This document shows, piece after piece, positions 9,578 to 19,229 of a DNA stretch of 61,588 nucleotides (position 1 is the first letter of the stretch; each line of letters starts with the position of its first letter). Under the pieces are notes generated by a model that saw only the letters and a program-made list of their open reading frames with translations, ran no database searches and was not told the DNA's origin. The DNA comes from Patescibacteria group bacterium (GTDB taxonomy: Bacteria; Patescibacteriota; UBA1384; 2-12-FULL-50-11), in contig JBBUAP010000004.1 of assembly GCA_038058635.1 (NCBI GenBank), forward strand, positions 97,196-158,783, read 5' to 3'. Position numbers and translations under genes: made by a program.

Positions 9578-10828
9578 CTACTTGTCGGCTTTTTTTGTAG
9601 TTTTCTTGACAGTTTTCTTAACAGTCTTGGCTTTGGCTGGCGACTTGGTTTTAGCTACCTTCTTGGGTGCGGTTTCGACCGTTTCGCTGGCAACTGCTTC
9701 AGTTGGCGCAGCTTCTTCGGCTAAAGCTTCCGATGGTAAATCGCCGGACTCTGCCGGCTCAACCTTCTCTACATCGGGTCGGTGGCGAGGATCCTCCCCC
9801 TCTTTAACGATATCGATTTCCCAGCCGGTCAGCTTACTGGCAAGACGAACGTTCTGGCCGTTTTTACCGATCGCTAACGAAAGCTGATCAACAGGAACAT
9901 TAACTGAAGCACTTTCGGCCTTTTTGCGCAAAGTAATTTTATCAATCTTGGCTGGCGACAAAGCATTTGCAATCAACTGCTCGATCGAATCGTTCCAAAG
10001 AATGATGTCGATTTTTTCCTCACCGATTTCCGACAAGACTGCCTGAACACGAGTGCCGCGCTGACCAACGCACGAACCAACTGGGTCGAGACCGGGTTGA
10101 TTAGAGATTACGGCCATCTTAGTGCGGACACCGGCTTCACGGGCAATGGCCTTAACTTCAACGGCGGCGCTGGCAATTTCTGGTACTTCTAGCTCGAAAA
10201 GCTTAGTAATGAAGTCGGCGCTAGAACGGGTCACAAGCACGCGTGGTCCGCGAGGGGTTTCTTCAACGGTGTAAACCAATACTTTCAAGCGCTGACCAGG
10301 GTAATAGTTTTGATTAGGGATTTGGTCGGAGGCGATCATCAAGCCGTTAAGCTTGCCGATATTTAGAATGACATTTGGTCCTTCAACTTGCTGAACATAA
10401 CCGTTTATCAGCTGACCTTGCTTGTCTTTGTACTCGGCGTAAAGAATCTCTTTTTCAGCCTCTCGTAGCCGCTGCGATATAACTTGTTTAGCGGTCATGG
10501 CGGCGATGCGGCCAAAATCTTCGTGTGGTTCGAGCTCGATTTCAATCATATCGCCAATTTTTGCCCCTTTTTGGTACTCCTGGGCTTGGTCGACGGTGAG
10601 TTGGGCGTGAATATTTTCCGGCTCTTCAACCACTTCGAAGTATTGCTTAACATTAAAAACACCCGATTCTTCGTCGAGTTTGGTTTTGATATCTTCGTCC
10701 TGTTGGCCGTAATCCTTACGATAAGCCGCGGCCACCGCCGCTTCAATGGTGTCGATGATTATATCTTTGGGTAGTCCGCGTTCGTCAGCAAGCTGGTTGA
10801 TCGCAGCCGCAAATGGTGAAATAGCCAT
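9578..10828 (-). CDS. nusA: Transcription termination/antitermination factor NusA
   Basis: NusA N-terminal, S1 and two KH regions (CVGQRGTRVQAV; AIGKNGQNVRLASKLTGW), plus a Lys-rich tail. Confidence 0.9.
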   Translation of the reverse strand: MAISPFAAAINQLADERGLPKDIIIDTIEAAVAAAYRKDYGQQDEDIKTKLDEESGVFNVKQYFEVVEEPENIHAQLTVDQAQEYQKGAKIGDMIEIELEPHEDFGRIAAMTAKQVISQRLREAEKEILYAEYKDKQGQLINGYVQQVEGPNVILNIGKLNGLMIASDQIPNQNYYPGQRLKVLVYTVEETPRGPRVLVTRSSADFITKLFELEVPEIASAAVEVKAIAREAGVRTKMAVISNQPGLDPVGSCVGQRGTRVQAVLSEIGEEKIDIILWNDSIEQLIANALSPAKIDKITLRKKAESASVNVPVDQLSLAIGKNGQNVRLASKLTGWEIDIVKEGEDPRHRPDVEKVEPAESGDLPSEALAEEAAPTEAVASETVETAPKKVAKTKSPAKAKTVKKTVKKTTKKADK

Positions 10829-11005
10829 ATAATATATATCTCCTTTTTTCTTTAAAAAAGCCAGGGACTAACCTGGTATGTGGATACTTTAGCACAATGT
10901 TAAAGAAACTTCAACAGACGAAACGATATTTTGCCTCCATCGGCCATTGACCCCTTTTTCAGAAGCAGTTAAAATGCGAACAGCAATTGAAGGAGGGTAT
11001 CTCAG

Positions 11006-11701
11006 ATGCCTAGAATAATTGGTTCCTTAATAGAACGGTTAACTGATGAATGGCTTTCGCCACTCACCAACGACTGTTTGGCCTTGACGAGGGAGGAGAT
11101 AGAACGACGGCTTTGTGTCGCTCCCATTTCTTTCTACAAGCCAGACGCAGTTTGGCTTGTAGCAGGCACGGTCGAACCTGTGCTGAAGCGCATTCAGGTA
11201 GTCTACAATATCCCTGAACCGCACTACGTCACCGCACCGATGGATCACGTCGCCGAAGAACAACAAGTTCGCTGTTACAATCTTGCCGCCTACCTGCTCG
11301 GTGGGCTATTGAGAGATCTCGGTGATCCAAACTTCGACCTGCCTAGGATTGACTCCAAGTGCTTCTTGCTAGTCGAAAAGGACTGGCGGCATCGACGAGC
11401 AGAACCAACCGATGAGCCGTGCACCTTCACCCTGCAGGTGGAAAAAGCCTACAAAAAGGCGGGTGTGGCCTACTACCAGTTCTTCATCGCCTGGGGGTCA
11501 ATCCAAGGTACAATCGGGGTGTTCTACAACCCCAACGGTAGTCAGCAAACTATCGACAAGGAAGTGTATCGGAAGCTCTACCATCGTTGGAATAGGGCCT
11601 GGCAGGAGTTGCCAAGGCTCAAACTGAATACCCTGCGATTGATCGCTCGGCTTTACGCCAGGAAGCAACTCAAGCTCCAACCCGTCCCAATCACGGTCTA
11701 A
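11006..11701 (+). CDS. Hypothetical protein
   Basis: 231-aa ORF with an upstream GGAGGG and a terminator downstream. No family recognised. Confidence 0.5.
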   Translation: MPRIIGSLIERLTDEWLSPLTNDCLALTREEIERRLCVAPISFYKPDAVWLVAGTVEPVLKRIQVVYNIPEPHYVTAPMDHVAEEQQVRCYNLAAYLLGGLLRDLGDPNFDLPRIDSKCFLLVEKDWRHRRAEPTDEPCTFTLQVEKAYKKAGVAYYQFFIAWGSIQGTIGVFYNPNGSQQTIDKEVYRKLYHRWNRAWQELPRLKLNTLRLIARLYARKQLKLQPVPITV

Positions 11702-11749
11702 CACCCGTGATCATGGCTTTTCCCACTGCGTAAGCCAACCTTCACAAGA

Positions 11750-11786
11750 CTCCCAGCCCGATCTGTCACGGCTGGGAGTTATTTTA
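11750..11786 (+). terminator. Intrinsic terminator
   Basis: 9-bp stem ctcccagcc / ggctgggag followed by ttatttta. Confidence 0.6.
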
Positions 11787-11934
11787 TGATCTTGACTGCC
11801 TCTAGCTCTCGTATGCCTTTAAAAGCATATAAGTGTTAGACCTCTCAGTAATCTTGAGATAAGTACAGAATCTCTCGATTGAAATTAAATAGATAACTTG
11901 CACCTAATGCCTTCTAAGGCATAAGATTGCCTTA

Positions 11935-12297
11935 ATGACGAGAAAAACATTACCGTCTCCGGTGAGCGACGACGACAACTATGTCACGCTCGTCACAGGC
12001 GGGCCGACTAAATACTATAATCGTCGACGGGTGCGCAAAGTCTTTGCTCAGTTGGAACGATCACCGCAATTTCAGCCGATCGACTCGGAGTGGTTTAAAA
12101 TATTAATTAGGGACACTGTTTCGGCTCGTCACTACCGGAAAATGACTCAGTTAACACTAGCCGGAATATTAGGAACCAACCAGGCAGCAATCTCTCGGTT
12201 AGAATCGGGTAAATCAAATCCGACCGCCGAACTCCTCGATAGAATCTGGAGCACTTTAGGGGTCTCGCCGACTTTTATTTTGAAAGATAATGACTAG
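11935..12297 (+). CDS. XRE-family HTH protein
   Basis: MTQLTLAGILGTNQAAISRLESGKSNPTAELLDRI. Confidence 0.65.
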   Translation: MTRKTLPSPVSDDDNYVTLVTGGPTKYYNRRRVRKVFAQLERSPQFQPIDSEWFKILIRDTVSARHYRKMTQLTLAGILGTNQAAISRLESGKSNPTAELLDRIWSTLGVSPTFILKDND

Positions 12298-12397
12298 CTC
12301 TTTAATACCTTTAAAACCATATGAGAACTAGAAGTTGTGAGTCCTCACGGCGCTGATTGACTGGACTGAATAAATAGGCGGAGTTACTTACTAATCC

Positions 12398-13120
12398 CTA
12401 ATTTGAGAGTAAGGCCTTGATCGGGAAAATGATTACCGCCCTCCAAATTCGGCCGAAGCGACTGGGTTGGAGGATGAGGCGCCAGAGCCATTCCAAGCGT
12501 AAAGTTCGAAGCAATTGGGGTGCTCGGGGGGTGACGCCAGCCAGCATATCGAAAGTCCCCCCGATACCAACCAATACCTTGGCACCAAGCTCATTTTTGT
12601 GCTGGGCAATCCACTGTTCCTGTTGTGGGGCGCCGTAAGCGACCAAAACAATATCAGCCCCACTGTCTCGTATGGGTTTTAACACATACGGGTCGTTCGG
12701 GTCAGCGCTGGAAGAACCAGCAATCTTCAAGCCAGGACTTAGTTGTTTGAGTCGTTTCCCTGCTTTGGCAGCAATCCCCTCTCGGCCACCTAAGAGGAAA
12801 ATCGACTTGTGATTATCAGCGGCGATACGAGCCAGATGATTAACTAAATCGGCTCCAGAAGTAATTTGTTTAACCGGCTTACCTTTCAGCGCTAGAACCC
12901 AAGCAAGATTGGTTGATTCAGGAATGACCAGATCAGCGCTGTTGAGCGTTTCTCTGTATGAATTGTTCTCGGCGGCTTTGAGCAAAATCTCGCCGTTGGC
13001 AGTGACGATGTGTTTTGGAGAGTCTTCCAAAAGCGCTTGCTGGCAGTATTGATCTAATTCCGTCCAACTCAACCGGTCGATCGTGATTCCGAAAATTCGC
13101 ACCTCACTTTTTTGTTGCAT
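12398..13120 (-). CDS. WecG/TagA/CpsF-family glycosyltransferase
   Basis: IFLLGG ... VLVAYGAPQQEQWI ... GIGGTFDMLAG matches the family pattern. Confidence 0.8.
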   Translation of the reverse strand: MQQKSEVRIFGITIDRLSWTELDQYCQQALLEDSPKHIVTANGEILLKAAENNSYRETLNSADLVIPESTNLAWVLALKGKPVKQITSGADLVNHLARIAADNHKSIFLLGGREGIAAKAGKRLKQLSPGLKIAGSSSADPNDPYVLKPIRDSGADIVLVAYGAPQQEQWIAQHKNELGAKVLVGIGGTFDMLAGVTPRAPQLLRTLRLEWLWRLILQPSRFGRIWRAVIIFPIKALLSN

Positions 13121-14204
13121 CCGTAATTTCTTGCAGGGTTTTTTCCGCCGCCGTCTCCCAAGAAAAATGCTCGGCTTGTTTCACGGCGGTCTGGCTCAAT
13201 CTAGTCGCCAACTCTGGAGTATTTAAAATTCGACTGAAAGCCGAAGCCCAGGAGAGGGCATTAACCGGTGGTAATAAAATCGCCGCCTCGCCCGTCACTT
13301 CTGGTAACGATGAATTGTTACTACAAACAACCGGCACGCCACAAGCCATCGCTTCCAAAACCGATAGGCCAAAACCCTCGTACAGACTCGGGAAGGCGAA
13401 AATGGTGGCGTGTTGGAGGTAGCGAATCATATCGTAACGCGGTAAGTGGCCAGGTTGGAATATTCGATCACGAACGGCTTTAGGTAAGGCGCTGATTTTG
13501 TCTTGGATACCCTCAAAGCCGTAGCCACTGCGACCCCCGAGCACCAAGTTTATCTTCTTTTTCTCCTTGTTTAGCAAAACGAAAGCATCGAGGAGAAGGC
13601 GGATATTTTTTTTATCTTCGATTCGGCCAACAAACAAAATGTACGGTTCGCTTTGAGGAGATATTTCGTTAACCTTGGCAGGTTCAAACAGCTGCTTGTC
13701 GTAGCCGTGGGCGATAACATGAGCTTTTGGTTTAGCGGCCGGGTAGTATTTTATCAGGTCGTTGAGAGTAGCTAATGACGGAACGATCACTTTTTTGGCC
13801 TTAGCCACCGAGACTCCGGTTGAAAAGTTTTGGTATCTACGCTCGAAAGCCGAGTAAGATTGGGGGAAGTACTTAAAGGCCAAATCGTGAATAGTCACAA
13901 CGGTTGGCAGATGGCTGATTAGCGGGACAACATGTGATGGTACAAACAAGACATCGGGTGGGCGACTATTGACCTCGGTAGCTAAGCGAAACTGCGACCA
14001 AAGTCGCTGTTGGGGTAATATCCGCCATTCGATGTTGACCCCGGTTGGCCAACAGTCGCGCGGCTGGTTAGGGGCGTAGAGAATGAAATGATGATCGGAG
14101 TGCAAATTCAAGATCGCTCGAATGATTTCATACGAGTAGTTCTCCGGTCCAGTCCGAATTTTTTTAACCGCTCGTGATGCATCGATACCGATAGTCAATG
14201 ACAT
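13104..14204 (-). CDS. GT4-family (GT-B) glycosyltransferase
   Basis: FAFPSLYEGFGLSVLEAMACGVPVV is the EX7E region. I prefer the start at MSLTIGIDAS (14204). Confidence 0.8.
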   Translation of the reverse strand: MSLTIGIDASRAVKKIRTGPENYSYEIIRAILNLHSDHHFILYAPNQPRDCWPTGVNIEWRILPQQRLWSQFRLATEVNSRPPDVLFVPSHVVPLISHLPTVVTIHDLAFKYFPQSYSAFERRYQNFSTGVSVAKAKKVIVPSLATLNDLIKYYPAAKPKAHVIAHGYDKQLFEPAKVNEISPQSEPYILFVGRIEDKKNIRLLLDAFVLLNKEKKKINLVLGGRSGYGFEGIQDKISALPKAVRDRIFQPGHLPRYDMIRYLQHATIFAFPSLYEGFGLSVLEAMACGVPVVCSNNSSLPEVTGEAAILLPPVNALSWASAFSRILNTPELATRLSQTAVKQAEHFSWETAAEKTLQEITDATKK

Positions 14205-14337
14205 TAGTTGGATTATCCCACGACTTATGCACTTCAGGAAGTAAGTCGTGGGAACACGACGCAACTCTATACCTGATAAGGAAATTGAAGTGCGCAAGTC
14301 GTGTATCCCACCAGTCAAACCTTTTCGCTACAGCTGA

Positions 14338-14964
14338 TCAGACGGTTGGTCGAGCAAATATGTCCATAAAAGCATTCTGCCGCAGGGTTTTGGCTCGAAG
14401 AATATCAGCTACCGTAAATCCAGATTCGGTTAATAACTGGGTAATCTCTGTTTCGGTGTAATTGGCGAAGTATTTCGAGTTGCCAAAGTAGCGTTCTTTG
14501 CTCATCAAGCCCTCTCCCGTTCCCTCGGTAACCGACAGGTATAATAATCCAGAATCATTAAGGACAGTCCGAAATCCAGCTAGGGTTTTACGGGCGTCTG
14601 TCTTTGGTAGGTGTTGAAATGATGCCATCACCCACAAGCCGTCAAAGGTCTTTGGAGGAAATTCCAAAGCCCTCATATCCATTACTTTAAAACTAGCTTT
14701 TGGCGCCGACTGGCCAGCGAATGTTAATAGACTTTTCGACAGATCGATTGCGGTTACTTCTAAACCTTGGGTAGTAAAGTAGGCGGTGTCGTGACCCGGC
14801 CCACAACCGACGTCAAGAATTTTCTTGCCATCAAGATGGGCTAAGAAGTAATCATATAATGGTTGATAGGGCGTCCGGTCGGTGTATTGAGTGATGTAAT
14901 GTGCCGCAAACTTATCGTAAGTTGCAATCGTTGCCTCTACTGGATCGTTGGAGTCCATTAACAT
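14338..14964 (-). CDS. Class I SAM-dependent methyltransferase
   Basis: ILDVGCGPGHDTAYF is motif I. Confidence 0.8.
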   Translation of the reverse strand: MLMDSNDPVEATIATYDKFAAHYITQYTDRTPYQPLYDYFLAHLDGKKILDVGCGPGHDTAYFTTQGLEVTAIDLSKSLLTFAGQSAPKASFKVMDMRALEFPPKTFDGLWVMASFQHLPKTDARKTLAGFRTVLNDSGLLYLSVTEGTGEGLMSKERYFGNSKYFANYTETEITQLLTESGFTVADILRAKTLRQNAFMDIFARPTV

Positions 14965-15005
14965 TTCTTAAATCATTTATCTTAAATCTTGATTCAGTCC
15001 CTTGC

Positions 15006-16013
15006 TTAACTCTTTGCCCACAGCACCGAGCGCAGAAACTCGTCGAGGTGTTCAACGGCGATGCCGGTGCCTTTAGCCACGCAAAGTCGTGGCTCTTCGG
15101 CTAACTGGCACGGGACGCCGGTAACCTTTGTTAGTAATCCATCTAAATTGCGAATCATCGAGCCGCCACCGGTCATGATCATGCCTTTATCCATAATATC
15201 ACTGGCCAGTTCCGGTGGGGTTTTTTGTAAGACGGCTTTGACAGTCGCGATTATTTCTTGCAATTCTTCCTGGACGGCATTGAGAACGTCGTCAGAGAAA
15301 ACAATGATTGATTCGGGCAAGCCGGTGACGAAATTGGATCCGGAAACCTCCATCTGTAATTCTTTTTTCATCGGCAAAACGGTGCCAACTTTAATTTTTA
15401 CTTGCTCGGCCGTTTGTTCGCCGATAACTAAAGAGTATTTTTTACGAATGTAAGCGGCGATGGCGCTGTCAAAACGGTTGCCACCGATTCGGACGCTAGC
15501 TGAAGCAACGACATCACCAAGCGAAATAACGGCCACCTCTGTCGTCCCGCCGCCGATGTCGATAATCAAGTGTCCTTCTGGAGCGGCGATCGGCACGCCG
15601 GCGCCCAAAGCGGCGGCGATGGGCTGTTTAATTAGATAAGCGTTTTTGGCTCCAGCGGCGATACAGGCGTCAACCACCGCTCGTCGTTCAGTCGAGGTGA
15701 CACCAACCGGCACGGCCGCCATAATATCGGGTCGGAACAGGCGCCAACGGCCAGAAACTCGGTTAATAAAGTAGCGCAACATTGCTTCGGTAATTTTAAA
15801 GCTGGCAATCACCCCATCCTTTAACGGGTGGGCGGCTGTGATAGAATCCGGGGTCTTACCAAGCATTTTTCTGGCTTCTTCACCGTAGGCAACGATTTTG
15901 TTGTCGCTGGCGTCGAGCGCCACCACGGCCGGTTCATCGATCACTATCCCATCTACCGGAACATAGACGAGGATATTGGTCGTCCCTAAATCAACACCGA
16001 TTCTTCTGATCAT
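15006..16013 (-). CDS. mreB: Rod-shape determining protein MreB
   Basis: IGVDLGTTNILVY ... IDIGGGTTEVAVIS ... GIIMTGGGS are actin-fold motifs. Confidence 0.9.
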   Translation of the reverse strand: MIRRIGVDLGTTNILVYVPVDGIVIDEPAVVALDASDNKIVAYGEEARKMLGKTPDSITAAHPLKDGVIASFKITEAMLRYFINRVSGRWRLFRPDIMAAVPVGVTSTERRAVVDACIAAGAKNAYLIKQPIAAALGAGVPIAAPEGHLIIDIGGGTTEVAVISLGDVVASASVRIGGNRFDSAIAAYIRKKYSLVIGEQTAEQVKIKVGTVLPMKKELQMEVSGSNFVTGLPESIIVFSDDVLNAVQEELQEIIATVKAVLQKTPPELASDIMDKGMIMTGGGSMIRNLDGLLTKVTGVPCQLAEEPRLCVAKGTGIAVEHLDEFLRSVLWAKS

Positions 16014-16198
16014 GTTAATCGCATTCTAACCTGACGAGCAGGAAATACAATAATCATAAGTCTGAAGGCTCAAGTCTGAAGTCTGATTTAAATCTAAAGT
16101 AACAAGTCCTAAATACTTAATACTTAGAACTTGAAACTTACATTAGACTTTAGCCTTTCGATTTTTGACTTGCTGATATTGGTTGTACACTATCAATA

Positions 16199-16897
16199 AT
16201 GGCACTGAAACATCGACGGTTTATTGCGTTTTTGGCCGGCACTTTAGCGGTTGCGGCTTTTCTGGTAATCTCTTCCGCGGCGGTCGTTTGGGCGAATGGT
16301 TTGCGTTACAACAACTCAACCGGTTCGTTTGAAAAAACTGTTCTGATTGCCATCGATTCGAATCGAGCCGAGCTCACCGTTACTTTGAACGGCGTAAAAG
16401 TGGCCGACCAAATCCCCTATCGAGCGCGCAATCTTTTGCAAAATACTTATGTGGTCGAATTGTCGAAAGTTGGTTTTCAGACCTGGAAACAAATATTTTT
16501 ACTGTCCGAAGGTCAGATCGGCTTGATCAAGGACCCAGTATTAATCGCCCAAATCCCCCTTGTAACTAATGCAGAGGCCGGACTGACACCAATACTAACT
16601 GGTCAGCTCGATTTCGGTTTGAATTTGGCGGACGGTGAATTATCCGATGGCGGGACGTTGGTCACTCGCTTTGGTCGCTCGCCGCTCCAGGTCCACCGCT
16701 TTAACGAATACTATCTTTATCAAGACGGTAACCAGCTTCGACTATTCATACCGGCCGGTACTCAAGACTATTTAATTCATCAATCAGGACAGATCGGTCA
16801 ATTACCGATCGAACTTTTCGAAGACACCTGGCAGGTGGCTATCCAGGACGGAACATCCGTCAAGCTAATTAACCTGACAATACCAACCGCTACCTAG
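16199..16897 (+). CDS. Membrane-anchored PEGA-like domain protein
   Basis: N-terminal TM helix. LTVTLNGVKVADQIPYRARNLLQNTYVVELSKVGFQTW is PEGA-like. Confidence 0.5.
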   Translation: MALKHRRFIAFLAGTLAVAAFLVISSAAVVWANGLRYNNSTGSFEKTVLIAIDSNRAELTVTLNGVKVADQIPYRARNLLQNTYVVELSKVGFQTWKQIFLLSEGQIGLIKDPVLIAQIPLVTNAEAGLTPILTGQLDFGLNLADGELSDGGTLVTRFGRSPLQVHRFNEYYLYQDGNQLRLFIPAGTQDYLIHQSGQIGQLPIELFEDTWQVAIQDGTSVKLINLTIPTAT

Positions 16898-17609
16898 CTG
16901 AAGTAAGTTTCTCGCCCAGAAATGGCTCGGTGGCTTGAGTTGAACCGACTGGGCCGTCGGACAGGGTGGCGACTACGACTAATCGATTGAGGGCGGTGCC
17001 AACTGGGTAGCAAGAGATTAAGGTCAGGGTTGGTGTCGCTGTTCTTTGGAGAACGGTCAGGTTATTGGGTTTGACGATTTTTGATTCTGTAACTTTGTAA
17101 ATATAGCGATTTTGGCCAAACGGTAGGATGATTTCGTCACCAACTGTTAGTTTATCGAGCAAGGCAAAAATGGTTTTATACTGGCCGGTGCTCCAAGGAA
17201 AATCGGAAGAGTGGCCGACGATAACGACATTACCAACCTGGCCCGGGTCAGCTGTGCCCTCGTAACGCACAGCGCCGGTGCGAAGTCGTTCGATAATCGC
17301 GTCAAAATTGGCATCGTAAATTACCGGCGCCCGAACGCCGATTTTGGCGATTATAATTTCTGGATCATAATTGACTGTTGGGGCCGGCGGCGGGATCACG
17401 ACTGGCGGCTGAACAATTGATGAAAAATTGGCTCTCTGCCAAAATGCTGGTCCGTTCATGGCGGCAAAGAAAAAGCCAAAAATGGCGACGAACCAAATGG
17501 TCGTTTTTAAGACTCGACGTGCTCCCCGCCAAAACTTCAGCATCGGCGTGTTAATCCTGAACAGTCTTTTCAGATCTTTCTCGCTAAAAGTTACTGGTTT
17601 AAGAGGCAT
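16890..17609 (-). CDS. Sortase-family transpeptidase
   Basis: TM anchor, VVIVGHSS (catalytic His) and TLTLISCYP (TLxTC Cys). The start is trimmed to ATG 17609 because the track ORF runs into the tRNA-Leu gene. Confidence 0.8.
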   Translation of the reverse strand: MPLKPVTFSEKDLKRLFRINTPMLKFWRGARRVLKTTIWFVAIFGFFFAAMNGPAFWQRANFSSIVQPPVVIPPPAPTVNYDPEIIIAKIGVRAPVIYDANFDAIIERLRTGAVRYEGTADPGQVGNVVIVGHSSDFPWSTGQYKTIFALLDKLTVGDEIILPFGQNRYIYKVTESKIVKPNNLTVLQRTATPTLTLISCYPVGTALNRLVVVATLSDGPVGSTQATEPFLGEKLTSAR

Positions 17610-17612
17610 TTG

Positions 17613-17695
17613 TGGGCAAGGTGGGAGTCGAACCCACATGAGCTTGCGCTCATAGCATTTTGAGTGCTACGTGTAAACCATTCCACCACTTGCCC
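17613..17695 (-). tRNA. tRNA-Leu(CAA), class II
   Basis: Hand-folded: acceptor gggcaag/cttgccc, anticodon arm tagca-ctCAAaa-tgcta, long variable arm gagc-gcaa-gctc, T arm gtggg-ttcgact-cccac. No encoded CCA. Confidence 0.85.
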
Positions 17696-17897
17696 ATAGG
17701 TTAATTCTATCAAATATAGGGTAAAATATCACCTGATGGGCCAGTAGCTCAGTGGGCCGAAACGGTGATGAGAACTAAACTGCTTTAGTTCGAATCGTTG
17801 AGGCGGGTGAGACCCTGTCATACACTTATTATGAGCCGTTAGGAGAAGAATGACTGTAAGGATATGACGGTCGAACCCAGGAAGAGTATAAAAATAG

Positions 17898-17969
17898 GGG
17901 CCAGTAGTTCATCGGTAGAACGCCTCATTCGCATTGAGGAAGTAGCGGGTTCAATTCCCGCCTGGTCCA
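17898..17969 (+). tRNA. tRNA-Ala(CGC)
   Basis: Hand-folded 72 nt: acceptor gggccag/ctggtcc with G3:U70, D arm gttc-atcggta-gaac, anticodon arm cctca-ttCGCat-tgagg, T arm gcggg-ttcaatt-cccgc. Confidence 0.85.
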
Positions 17970-18067
17970 CAGCCTCATTTAATTCGCATTGCAGGGGTCA
18001 GGGGTCCGACTCCCCTCTGGTCCACGATTACTTCTCAAACCCGCTTACTCGTAGTACGCTGATAGTA

Positions 18068-19096
18068 ATGGCGGAGGGGCGGATTGTTGTTGAAGACTCA
18101 GAAAACCTACTGGAGAAAACCATGAGCTTGCCTAGCCAGCTCGAAAACGCCTGGACGAGTAATTGGACTAAGAGTCTACCGATCACGGACGGTGACTTTG
18201 ACAAAGTGATTATCGCCGGTATGGGCGGCTCGGGCATTGCCGGAGCGCTCCTAGTGGATTTGTTTGGTGCTAAAACAAAGCGCCCGATAATTAGTTGGGC
18301 GGATTACGGCTTGCCCGGTTGGACTGACAGCAAGACCCTCCTAATCGCCGTCTCTTACTCTGGCGACACCGAAGAAATACTCGACGGGGTCAAAGTGGCA
18401 GTGGAGCGAAAGATGCCTATCATCGCTATCAGTAGCGGTGGCAAGCTCGAAGAACTGGCCGGTATTCACGGTTTCCCCTTCTTGAAAATTAATTATGTCA
18501 GCCCGCCCCGAGCGGCTTTGGGTCATCTGTACGGTTCGGTCCTCGTCCTCTCGACCAAGTTAGGTCTAATTGATCTGACTGAAAAAGCCTATTTCCAAGC
18601 AGTCGACGAGCTGAAAAAAACTGTTATCCAAAAACATTTCCCAGCCAAGGCCGAAGATTTGGCGGTATCGCTCAATAATAAAGTCCCACTAATTATGGCC
18701 TACTCGCCGCTCTCGGCGGTGGCTAAACGCTTCCAAAATCAGCTCAACGAAAACAGCAAAACCTTTGCGATGGCGGCCGCCTTACCAGATGCTTGTCACA
18801 ATATTATTGTCGGCACCGAATTTGCTGTTGAAGAGAAGTTGCTAATTATATTGCTGGAGTCACAGTACGGCTTCTCCCGGAACATTGCCCGCAAAGCGGC
18901 CTTAGAAAAAGTTTTTGCCGAAAAAGATATCCCATTGGTGCCGCTGGCCGTCAAGTCCGGCTCGTCGCTAGCAGAGCAACTGCTGTTTATCCATTTCGGC
19001 GATCTTTTAAGCTTTTACCTAGCGGGAGTTTACGGCGTCGACCCAACACCGGTCGAGACCATTAATACACTCAAGAGCGAACTGGCGAAACTATAG
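18068..19096 (+). CDS. Bifunctional phosphoglucose/phosphomannose isomerase (SIS domain)
   Basis: IIAGMGGSGIAG plus the SYSGDTEE SIS motifs. The track ORF start (17864) overlaps tRNA-Ala, so ATG 18068 or 18122 is more likely. Confidence 0.75.
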   Translation: MAEGRIVVEDSENLLEKTMSLPSQLENAWTSNWTKSLPITDGDFDKVIIAGMGGSGIAGALLVDLFGAKTKRPIISWADYGLPGWTDSKTLLIAVSYSGDTEEILDGVKVAVERKMPIIAISSGGKLEELAGIHGFPFLKINYVSPPRAALGHLYGSVLVLSTKLGLIDLTEKAYFQAVDELKKTVIQKHFPAKAEDLAVSLNNKVPLIMAYSPLSAVAKRFQNQLNENSKTFAMAAALPDACHNIIVGTEFAVEEKLLIILLESQYGFSRNIARKAALEKVFAEKDIPLVPLAVKSGSSLAEQLLFIHFGDLLSFYLAGVYGVDPTPVETINTLKSELAKL

Positions 19097-19229
19097 AAAT
19101 GAATTTCAAATTTCGAATTTCAAATTTCGAATCAAACTCGAATGTCCTAATTTTAAATTCAATCATTTGTGATTCATTCAAAATTCAAAATTTAAAATTC
19201 AAAATTACTAAATCCGGAGGATTTTGCTG

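Noticed and set aside
17738-18024. tmRNA (ssrA) spanning the tRNA-Ala-like 5' and 3' pieces
   Set aside because: G3:U70 and a TCCGACT T-loop are tmRNA-like. However, the 5' part lacks the conserved GGAUUCGAC-type element, I find no tag ORF ending in hydrophobic-Ala-Ala in any frame, and a complete canonical tRNA-Ala sits inside the span.
17864-18067. N-terminal 68 codons of the 410-aa track ORF
   Set aside because: This part of the frame is read straight through tRNA-Ala(CGC) and the tRNA-like fragment. The isomerase homology starts only after M69/M87.
16021-19223. A CRISPR array suggested by the short repeated words in intergenic spacers
   Set aside because: The repeats are 7-14 nt, imperfect and directly abutting, with no regular repeat-spacer periodicity. 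There are no cas genes in the window.
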